Positions 41,663 to 49,201 of a DNA stretch of 49,201 nt are shown here, piece by piece (the first letter of the stretch is position 1; every line of letters begins with the position of its first letter). This DNA is from Chloroflexota bacterium (GTDB lineage: Bacteria > Chloroflexota > Dehalococcoidia > Dehalococcoidales > RBG-16-60-22): the NCBI GenBank assembly GCA_043818095.1, contig JBDRGD010000104.1, positions 1 to 49,201 on the forward strand. Reading direction: 5' to 3'. The notes beneath the pieces were generated by a model. It was given only the letters and a program-made list of their open reading frames with translations. It searched no databases and was not told the DNA's origin. The position numbers and the translations under genes were made by a program.

Positions 41663-42640
41663 ATGCCTGCGAACCTGACCCCTCAATATTACGAAGCCGA
41701 GCGGAGATTCCGGGCGGCAAAAGGCCCCCTGGAGAGGATTGCCAGCCTGGAAGAAATGCTCTCCATCATGCCCAAGCACAAGGGCACCGACCACCTCCGC
41801 GCTGAGCTGCGCACCAAAATCGCCAAGCTCACGCAGTCGCTGGACAAGAAGACCGCCACCCAGCGGGCGACGATGATGATTGAGAAGGTGGGCGCGGCGC
41901 AGGTGACGCTCGCGGGAATGGCGAACAGCGGCAAGTCCCAGCTCGTCGCCCGCCTGACCAACGCCACGCCGACCGTCGCCGCCTACCCCTTCACCACCCA
42001 GGCCGCCCTGCCCGGAATGATGCCCTTCGAGAATATCCAGATACAGCTCATCGATACCCCACCCCTCACTGACCAGCCCCCGGAGTGGTGGCTGCCCCAC
42101 CTTTTCCGCCGCGCCGACGGACTGCTCCTCATCGTCGACCTCAGTATCGACCCGCGGGAGCAGCTGGCGTTGCTCCGCGAGCAGATGGCCGCCAGCCGCA
42201 TCGCCCTGACGGAATCGAAAGCCGCGCAGGAGGAAGTCACCCTGACACTCAAACCGGTGCTGGTCGTGGGCAACAAGAAAGACCTGGACCCGGAAGGGCG
42301 CAACCGCGCCGCCCTCCAGGCCGAATGCGACGACGATTTGCCCCTGGCGATAGTCTCGGCGGAGCACGGCGAAGGACTGGACGACCTGAAGAAGGAAATC
42401 ATGGGAATGCTGGACATTATCCGGGTCTACACCAAGGCGCCGGGCAAAAAGCCGGACTTCACGGACCCGATTATCCTGATGCGCGGGGACACGCTGGAAG
42501 ACGCCGCCGCGTCCGTCCACAAAGACTTCGCCCGGAAGATGAAATATGCCCGCATCTGGGGTTCCGGAAAGCACGAGGGCATGATGGCGAAGCGGGACCA
42601 CGTCCTCCAGGACGGCGATATTATCGAGCTACACCTCTAG
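41663..42640 (+). CDS. DRG/Rbg-like OBG-family GTPase with C-terminal TGS domain
   Basis: The N-terminal helix PKHKGTDHLRAELRTKIAKL resembles the DRG motif (KNKATE.HLG.LKAKLAKL). G1 GMANSGKS, G2 YPFTT, G4 NKKD, G5 SAE, and a TGS-like C-terminus (IRVYTK...DGDIIELHL). G3 reads DTPP rather than DxxG. Confidence 0.85.
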   Translation: MPANLTPQYYEAERRFRAAKGPLERIASLEEMLSIMPKHKGTDHLRAELRTKIAKLTQSLDKKTATQRATMMIEKVGAAQVTLAGMANSGKSQLVARLTNATPTVAAYPFTTQAALPGMMPFENIQIQLIDTPPLTDQPPEWWLPHLFRRADGLLLIVDLSIDPREQLALLREQMAASRIALTESKAAQEEVTLTLKPVLVVGNKKDLDPEGRNRAALQAECDDDLPLAIVSAEHGEGLDDLKKEIMGMLDIIRVYTKAPGKKPDFTDPIILMRGDTLEDAAASVHKDFARKMKYARIWGSGKHEGMMAKRDHVLQDGDIIELHL

Positions 42641-42650
42641 CCGGACCGGG

Positions 42651-42869
42651 CTAGGCCTCCTTGCCCTCGTACTTGAAAGAGACCCTGACCTTGGCGCGGT
42701 AGGCGCGTATCTTGCCGTCTTCCAACTGCATATCCAGCTCTTCCACCTCGGCGATACGCAGTTCCCGTAACGATTTAGCAGCAGTTTCCACCGCCGCCGC
42801 CGCCGCTTTCTCCCAGGACTCGTTGCTGGTACCCACCAGGGTGATAACCTTGTACACACTGTTCGGCAT
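42651..42869 (-). CDS. Dodecin family flavin-binding protein
   Basis: 72 aa. VYKVITLVGTSNESWEKAAAAAVETAAKSLRELRIAEVEELDMQLEDGKIRAYRAKVRVSFKY matches the dodecin pattern. Confidence 0.8.
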   Translation of the reverse strand: MPNSVYKVITLVGTSNESWEKAAAAAVETAAKSLRELRIAEVEELDMQLEDGKIRAYRAKVRVSFKYEGKEA

Positions 42870-43025
42870 GTTACTCTCCTTCCGCCCGGCGTCCCGGACT
42901 TCTTCTGATAGAGTCTTGATTCTAGCGGGAAAAGGGATGGTTTGTCAAGATTATACCGAGCGGCGACCTTGCAAACTAATTAATAGCAAATAAAACCCGT
43001 GCCGCTCCCGCCGGTTTGTGCTAAG

Positions 43026-43271
43026 ATGGTTACCATGGCGGATCCGGCTACCATCAATCCGGGAGAAGTCCTGAAGTGGGTGGCGCTCGTCTTTGCCGCG
43101 GGCTTTGTCGGCTACTTCGGGCGCTACCTCGGCATGCTTATCATCGACCGGCTCCGCCGGAAACGGGACCGGCAGACTGCAGATAACCCTGCCGGTACCG
43201 GGACGGAGAAGAAACGGCTCAAGGCGATGGTAAAACAGGCCAAGAAAGCCGGCAAGGAGAAAAGCGGCTAA
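43026..43271 (+). CDS. Small hypothetical membrane protein with basic C-terminal tail
   Basis: One TM (WVALVFAAGFVGYFGRYLGMLII) and then a Lys/Arg-rich tail. The start is uncertain: ATG at 43026 chosen, with an alternative GTG at 42999. Confidence 0.4.
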   Translation: MVTMADPATINPGEVLKWVALVFAAGFVGYFGRYLGMLIIDRLRRKRDRQTADNPAGTGTEKKRLKAMVKQAKKAGKEKSG

Positions 43272-43293
43272 CCCCCGCCGCGCCCGGAGAAAG

Positions 43294-44076
43294 ATGATGT
43301 TTTCCCCCGGACAGGATACCGCGCCCCTCAAACCGCTGAAATTCTACCAGGACCTCGCCACCCGGAAAGGGCGGCGGGAACACGGGGCCTTTATCGTAGA
43401 GGGGGAAAAAGCCGTCCGCAGAATCATCAAGACCCGCCCGGAGTCGATTCTGGAAATCGTTAGCGCGGCGGAGGCTCCCCGCGGCATGGGCGACTACCCC
43501 GCGCGGACGGTAACCGCCGCGCAGTTTTCCGGCATCGCCACCAGCAAGACGCCCCAGGGACTGCTGGCGGTGGTGCGTATCCCCGCGGACGTCTCCTCCC
43601 CGGGGCTGCCGGCGGACGCGGGCGACCGGGTGCTGCTGCTGGAGGACATCCAGGACCCCGGGAACGTCGGCACGCTGCTGCGCACCGCCGCCGCTTTTGG
43701 TTTTTCCGGAGCTATCCTCACGGAGAAATGCGCCGACCCCTTTTCCCCGAAGTGCGTCCAGGCAACCGCCGGCACCGTGCTCTCTTTATGGCTGCGGCGG
43801 ACATCCGAATGCCTGGAAATGCTGGCGGCATTGCGGCCGCAGGGCTACTCCCTGGTCGCTACCGAGTTGAACGGGAAAGAGGATACTGCCGTGCTGAAGC
43901 GCCCGCGGCTGCTGCTGGCGCTGGGTAACGAAGCTGCCGGGCTCTCTCCGGCGGTGTTGCACGCGGCCGACTTCCGGCTGAGAATCCCCACCGCCACCGG
44001 GGCGGAATCCCTGAACGTGGCCGCGGCGGGCGCGATCTGCATCTACCTCAGCACGCGGGAAAAAACCGCCCGGTAA
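43294..44076 (+). CDS. TrmH/SpoU family RNA 2'-O-methyltransferase
   Basis: SPOUT motifs LLEDIQDPGNVGTLLRTAAAFG, LLALGNEAAGLS and IPTATGAESLNVAAAGAICIY, plus an N-terminal substrate-binding domain. Confidence 0.85.
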   Translation: MMFSPGQDTAPLKPLKFYQDLATRKGRREHGAFIVEGEKAVRRIIKTRPESILEIVSAAEAPRGMGDYPARTVTAAQFSGIATSKTPQGLLAVVRIPADVSSPGLPADAGDRVLLLEDIQDPGNVGTLLRTAAAFGFSGAILTEKCADPFSPKCVQATAGTVLSLWLRRTSECLEMLAALRPQGYSLVATELNGKEDTAVLKRPRLLLALGNEAAGLSPAVLHAADFRLRIPTATGAESLNVAAAGAICIYLSTREKTAR

Positions 44077-44327
44077 CGGCCGTCCCTGACCTTTACCGCC
44101 ACCGCCGCCTTCTCCCGGTTGATGCCCGACTTCAGGACAATCCGGAAAGCGCGGAAGCCGGAAGGTATCAGCCCGAAGGCGCCGACCGCGGAGGTGAAAA
44201 GCCGGTCCGGCAGAGGCAGCGGACGCAGCCACGCCAGCAGCAGTACCACCATGCCGGAAATTCCGAAAAAGAAAACGAGCATGATGTCCAGCCCCCGGTC
44301 CCTCATTTCACTATCTCTGTCCCTCAT
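44043..44327 (-). CDS. Hypothetical small membrane protein (uncertain)
   Basis: 94-aa ORF with a GAGGGAG RBS and two hydrophobic segments. It overlaps the 3' end of the TrmH gene by 34 nt. No family recognised. Confidence 0.3.
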   Translation of the reverse strand: MRDRDSEMRDRGLDIMLVFFFGISGMVVLLLAWLRPLPLPDRLFTSAVGAFGLIPSGFRAFRIVLKSGINREKAAVAVKVRDGRYRAVFSRVLR

Positions 44328-44499
44328 CTCGTTCTCTCCCTCAGGTTTCTTACCAGTTAAAACGTCCCGCCCGGTGGTTTGGTTAGCCCCCTTTCCGGAA
44401 TTGTTGCCCCGGTGAGACGAAAATCACAGCCATAAGTTCCCGGTTAAGTTAAATTAGAAACAGGAAATATTCTATTCGCCAGAGATTTAAGGAGGAAAC

Positions 44500-44724
44500 A
44501 TGGTCACCAAAGAGAAGATTGAAGACGCCCTGAAGGCTATCCGGCCCGCATTGAACGCGGACGGGGGGGACGTGGAACTCGTCGACGTGGAGGACGGGGT
44601 GGTCAAGGTACGCCTGACCGGCGCCTGCGGCGGCTGTCCGATGGCCACGCTGACGCTGCGGCAGGGCGTAGAGCGCGTTCTCCGGGAAAAGGTCCCCGAT
44701 TTGAAAGAAGTCGTCGCTGTCTAG
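44500..44724 (+). CDS. NifU-like (Nfu C-terminal domain) Fe-S cluster protein
   Basis: 74 aa. IRPALNADGGDVELVDVEDGVVKVRLTGACGGCPMATLTL is the Nfu/NifU C-terminal domain with its CxxC. AAGGAGG RBS. Confidence 0.88.
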   Translation: MVTKEKIEDALKAIRPALNADGGDVELVDVEDGVVKVRLTGACGGCPMATLTLRQGVERVLREKVPDLKEVVAV

Positions 44725-44748
44725 GGACCGGGAGGAGAGGCATTAACG

Positions 44749-45576
44749 GTGAAAGGACTATCGAGAGTCGGTATCATCATTGTCGTGGGGCTGGGAGTTC
44801 TCGCTGCCGCCCTGGCCGGTTTCCGGGGAGCCCGTGAGGAGGAAAACACGATGAACGCTGCCAGCGAACCGACCGCCGGGATACCGCCGATGGATATGAA
44901 CGTCCCCGTAAAATTCGCCACCGCCACCTTTGCCCTGGGCTGATTCTGGGGACCTGACTCCCGGTTTGGGAGTTTAGACGGCGTTATCCGGACCCGCGTG
45001 GGCTACTCCGGCGGCGCGACGGTAAACCCCGACTACGAAAACGTCGGCGACCACTCGGAGACGGTAGAGGTGGACTACGACCCGACGCGTATTAGCTACG
45101 AGCAGATTCTGGAGGTCTTCTGGCAGAGCCATGACGCCATCGGCCCGGTATGGTCACCGCAATACCGCTCCGCAATCTTCTACCAGGACGCCGCCCAGAA
45201 GGAAGCGGCGGAGCATATGAAGGCGCTCCTGGAAGAGGAGAAGGGCACGGAACTGAATACGGCCATCATCCCCTTGGAGAAGTTTTACCTGGCGGAAGGT
45301 TATCACCAGAAATACGAACTGCGCCTCGCCGGCGTAATAGCTAACGAGTATCTGGCGATGTATCCGCGCATGGAGGACTTTATCAACTCCACGGCGGTCA
45401 CCCGCGCCAACGCCTACGCCGGCGGTAACGGCTCTCCGGAGCAACTGGAAAAAGACATCGGCCAGCTGGGGCTGTCACCGGCGGCACAGGAAAAGCTGCG
45501 GGACCAGTTCAGCGCAATGGTCGAGATAGGGGCGGGCTGGTGCCCGCCGCCGCTCGCGGAAGCCCCGGCGCCGTAG
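44749..45576 (+). CDS. msrA: Peptide methionine (S)-S-oxide reductase MsrA, probable selenoprotein (in-frame TGA at 44941-44943 read as Sec), with N-terminal membrane anchor
   Basis: Track ORFs 44749..44943 and 44998..45576 are in the same frame and are separated only by one TGA. Read-through gives ATFALG-U-FWGPDSRFGSLDGVIRTRVGYSGG, which is the GCFWG active site with TGA at the Cys position. Downstream MsrA blocks are GDHSETVEVDYDP, QYRSAIFY and FYLAEGYHQKY. GTG start with a GGGAGGAG RBS. Confidence 0.75.
44954..44977 (+). promoter_or_regulatory. SECIS-like hairpin downstream of the msrA UGA
   Basis: Upper stem ACUCCC/GGGAGU (44957-44962 pairing with 44968-44973), loop GGUUU, a bulged U at 44974, and a lower stem CUG/UAG with one G-U pair. 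The hairpin base starts 11 nt after the UGA. Confidence 0.5.
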
Positions 45577-45593
45577 ATAACGATAAAGTTTTT

Positions 45594-45622
45594 ATCGGGG
45601 GCGAGGCAAACTCGCCCCCGAT
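45594..45622. terminator. Strong hairpin between convergent msrA and ridA-like genes (probable terminator)
   Basis: Perfect 12-bp stem ATCGGGGGCGAG / CTCGCCCCCGAT with loop GCAAA, followed on the plus strand by the pyrimidine/T-rich TCTCCTCTTCC. It is preceded by a small AT hairpin CGATAAA-GTT-TTTATCG. Confidence 0.5.
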
Positions 45623-45639
45623 TCTCCTCTTCCCTCGAT

Positions 45640-46074
45640 TTAAGGTATAGCAGCGATAACGACGATTTCGACAACCATTCCTTTTCTGCCCAGACCGGAT
45701 ACGCCGATAAGGCTGGCCGCAGGAGGGTTCTCAATGAATTCCGGGCAGTGCTCGGCCCAGAATTCCCGGAGTGCCCGGGTTCTTTCCTGGCAAATGGGGT
45801 CGCTGGTGATACCGTCGGGAAACTCTTTACCGACGATATAAGTCCAGATGTGACAGATATTCTGTAGAGACGTACCGAGTTCCTCCAGCCTCTCCTTGAT
45901 TTTCACCAGGGCAAGCCTGGTCTGAGCGTAAGCCCCCTCCACCACCTTATCCGTTTCGGGGTCGATGCCTTCGGTCCCGCTGAGAAAGACGAAACCCGAG
46001 GACTCCCTGACCGCCGTGCCCGCCGACCACATTTTCTTGCCACCGTAGTACAGGTTGTATCTTTTTAACTCCAT
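45640..46074 (-). CDS. RidA/YjgF/TdcF family protein
   Basis: 144 aa starting at MELKRYNL (M27 of the track ORF; GGAG RBS). GFVFLSGTEGIDPETDKVVEGAYAQTRLALVKIKERLEELG is a RidA-like pattern. Confidence 0.8.
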   Translation of the reverse strand: MELKRYNLYYGGKKMWSAGTAVRESSGFVFLSGTEGIDPETDKVVEGAYAQTRLALVKIKERLEELGTSLQNICHIWTYIVGKEFPDGITSDPICQERTRALREFWAEHCPEFIENPPAASLIGVSGLGRKGMVVEIVVIAAIP

Positions 46075-46233
46075 TCCTTCTCCTTTCACCTCCGGTGACC
46101 GATTACCGCATTTTACTCCATCCCGGAGCCGATGTGCCAAGCGGAAACACAATGCGTAAGGGATGGATGGAAACCTTTAATTGCGTGTGCGGGGCGCTGC
46201 AAATATCAAGGAAGCGGTCAAAGGAACCTGCGC

Positions 46234-47403
<1,170 letters not shown>

Positions 47404-47405
47404 GG

Positions 47406-48257
47406 CTATGAGCGGGAGCCCTTCATGCGGGTGTAGTAGTTACGCAGGAAATACTCGTGGTCGAACTCTTTCTTAAGGAGGGTGCCCGCGAAGGGGACCT
47501 CCGCGGCAACCTTTTCCCGGGGGATGCCCCCGGCGAGCAGCGCGCGTATCCAGTCGATAAGCTCGCTGGTGGAGGGTTTCTTGCGGAGCTCTTCCAGCTC
47601 CCGCAGGCTGTAGAAGGTGTCCCGCGCCGCCTCGAGCAGCTTTTGCTGGATATCAGGGTAGTGCACGCGGACGATTTCCTCCATCAGCTCCGGTGAGGGG
47701 AACTCGATGTAATGGAAGATGCAGCGCCGCAGGAAGGCGTCCGGCAGCTCTTTCTCCGCGTTGCTGGTGATGATGGTGATAGGGCGGTGGTTGGCGGAGA
47801 CGGTCTCGTTGATTTCCGGGATGTAGAAGCACATCTCATCCAGCTCGTTCAGGAGGTCGTTGGGGAACTCCAGGTCCGCCTTGTCAATCTCGTCGATGAG
47901 CAGGACCACCTGCTCGTCCGCGGCGAAAGCCTGCCCCAGCTTGCCCAGCTTGATGTACTGCTTGATATCCGACACGTCCTTGTCCCCGAAGCGGCTGTCA
48001 TTAAGGCGCTGCACGGTGTCATAGACGTAAAGCCCCTCCTGCGCCTTGGTGGTGGACTTGATGTTCCAGACCAGCAGCTTTTTGCCCAGCGCCCCGGCGA
48101 CGCTGTGCGCCAGGAGCGTTTTGCCCGTCCCCGGCTCCCCCCGGATTAACAGCGGCCTGCCCAGGGCGATGGAGCAGTTCACCGCGTTGCGCAGGGGCTC
48201 CGAGGTAACGTAGTCCGCCGAGCCCCGGAACCGGTCAAAACCGTCATGATGCGTCAA
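47406..48257 (-). CDS. MoxR/CoxD-like AAA+ ATPase
   Basis: Walker A GEPGTGKT and Walker B VVLLIDEIDKAD; 283 aa. TTG start preceded by a GGGAGG RBS. Confidence 0.9.
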   Translation of the reverse strand: MTHHDGFDRFRGSADYVTSEPLRNAVNCSIALGRPLLIRGEPGTGKTLLAHSVAGALGKKLLVWNIKSTTKAQEGLYVYDTVQRLNDSRFGDKDVSDIKQYIKLGKLGQAFAADEQVVLLIDEIDKADLEFPNDLLNELDEMCFYIPEINETVSANHRPITIITSNAEKELPDAFLRRCIFHYIEFPSPELMEEIVRVHYPDIQQKLLEAARDTFYSLRELEELRKKPSTSELIDWIRALLAGGIPREKVAAEVPFAGTLLKKEFDHEYFLRNYYTRMKGSRS

Positions 48258-48381
48258 TGGTCTGCCTCCCGAGAAAGAGATTTTACGCTAACAGAGGGGT
48301 AAATAGATATCTGTTTAGGTATTATAGCAGAGGAGATATATAGGGGGGAAATGGGGGGATGATTTTGGGTGATTCCAGATA

Positions 48382-48464
48382 CTCACCCCCTTTATCCCCC
48401 TCTTCAGCCAGTAACACCCCGGTTTCCGGCGATGCCGCTGGCTGGAGAGGGGGCAGGGGGTGAG
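48382..48464. repeat. Long imperfect G/C-rich hairpin downstream of the HAD hydrolase gene
   Basis: Left arm CTCACCCCCTTTATCCCCCTCTTCAGCCAG pairs with right arm CTGGCTGGAGAGGGGGCAGGGGGTGAG in blocks of 10, 8 and 7 bp. The 26-nt loop contains CCGGTTTCCGG. Confidence 0.5.
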
Positions 48465-48501
48465 GTGAGCACGATAACCGGAGTGAAGTGAAAATTCCCC
48501 C

Positions 48502-49201
48502 TCACCCGAAATATCTCTCTATCGCCGCCGCCAGCCCCTGCTCCTCCACGTCCCCGGTCACGAAATCGGCAATCTCCTTGAGCTCCTCGGGCGCGTTCCC
48601 CATGGCGACGCCCTCCCCCGCGGCGGCCAGGAGAGACAGGTCGTTCAGCCCGTCGCCCACCGCCACGATTTCCGCCACCGTGACCCCCAAATGTTCCGCG
48701 AGCTGACCCAAAGCCCTGCCCTTGGAGACGCGGGGGGCGAGGATATTGTGAAAGACCACCCCGGGATAGGCGGGCGTCCGCGCCGGGGAAAAGTGCACCT
48801 TCCCGCCGAAATGCTCCTGGAAAAGCGCCGCCTGAGCAAACTCTCCGGCGGTGGTACTCACCAGCCCCACCTTGACGATGCGCTCCCGGGCGACCACCAG
48901 GTCGAAATCCGCGAACTCGGGTTCTACGGTAAAATACTTGCGGTGCGCCGCCGTGGACCAGGTCTCCCGCGCGGCGAAATACTCCGTGGTGCTGAAAAGC
49001 TCCAGGTCGATTCCCCTCCCCCGGGCGAAAGCCACCATTTCCTCCACCACGGCTCTACCCAGCGGGGTGACGGACACCTCGTGGCTGAGGTCGTGGTGGC
49101 CCACCACCGCCCCGTCGAAGAAGATGGGATCGCTGTCCAGGGAAAGCCGCGCCAGGACCCGCCGGCAGGAGCGGAACGACCGCCCGGTGGAGAGCGCCAC
49201 C
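48502..49201 (-). CDS. Cof-type HAD-IIB family hydrolase (N-terminus beyond window end)
   Basis: C-terminal HAD motifs ISPARTP-like region ...KGRALGQLAEHLGV...VAVGDGLNDLSLLAAAGEGVAMGNAPEELK. The ORF is open to the window edge. Confidence 0.85.
   Translation of the reverse strand, partial: VALSTGRSFRSCRRVLARLSLDSDPIFFDGAVVGHHDLSHEVSVTPLGRAVVEEMVAFARGRGIDLELFSTTEYFAARETWSTAAHRKYFTVEPEFADFDLVVARERIVKVGLVSTTAGEFAQAALFQEHFGGKVHFSPARTPAYPGVVFHNILAPRVSKGRALGQLAEHLGVTVAEIVAVGDGLNDLSLLAAAGEGVAMGNAPEELKEIADFVTGDVEEQGLAAAIERYFG

Noticed and set aside
44328-44499. Search for a tRNA-Sec (selC) or other Sec machinery near msrA and elsewhere in the window.
   Set aside because: No additional T-loop/acceptor structures were found by eye outside 343-656, and no selA, selB or selD-like ORFs are in the track. 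Absence from this window says nothing about the rest of the genome.
44749-45576. Interpreting msrA as a pseudogene, or as two separate genes (a 64-aa membrane peptide plus an N-terminally truncated MsrA starting at GTG 44998).
   Set aside because: Not fully excluded, but less likely. The stop is a single TGA precisely at the catalytic Cys codon. The GTG-started product would lack the active site. There are no other lesions, and a SECIS-like hairpin follows. I kept it as a Sec candidate with stated tests.

Overview
This is a GC-rich bacterial chromosomal window with short AT-rich intergenic spacers. The gene content (a monoderm-style type IV pilus cluster without a secretin, and Pro/Ala-rich lipoprotein linkers) suggests a Chloroflexota-like or similar uncultured lineage, but that is inference only.

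Gene order from the left: a rhomboid protease 3' fragment, then tRNA-Thr(UGU), tRNA-Tyr(GUA) and tRNA-Thr(GGU), then tuf-rpmG-secE-nusG-rplK-rplA-(L10 leader)-rplJ-rplL. rpoBC does not follow rplL. Next come housekeeping genes: a ComM/YifB-like Mg-chelatase ATPase, a PAP2 phosphatase, prfA-prmC, etfBA, a NEW3-domain surface protein with an ABC-2 exporter, an EF-G paralogue, a TRAP transporter plus a DUF1445 hydro-lyase, a SpoIIM-like protein, a nitroreductase, pcm and xerD.

From 25.1 to 33.1 kb lies a compact type IV pilus locus: pilB, pilC, a pilO-like gene, a pilM-pilN fusion, pilT, one pilin and pilD. It is followed by an archaeal-type winged-helix regulator, a small unknown protein, a GH3-family adenylating enzyme, a 1001-aa membrane GAF-GGDEF-HD-GYP protein with an atypical LuxR response regulator, uvrC, a DRG-like GTPase, dodecin, a TrmH methyltransferase and a NifU-like protein. 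The right end holds RidA, a MoxR-VWA pair and a partial HAD hydrolase.

The observations most worth a second look:
- msrA is interrupted by a single in-frame TGA exactly at the catalytic Cys position (G-[TGA]-FWG), with a SECIS-like hairpin just downstream. This is a probable selenoprotein with an N-terminal membrane anchor.
- A two-tier palindromic REP/MITE-like element is present in four intergenic copies, two of which bracket the pilin gene.
- GGAC...GTCC palindromes are shared between the pilB upstream region and the promoter of the winged-helix regulator gene.

No CRISPR array, rRNA, transposase or phage genes were seen.
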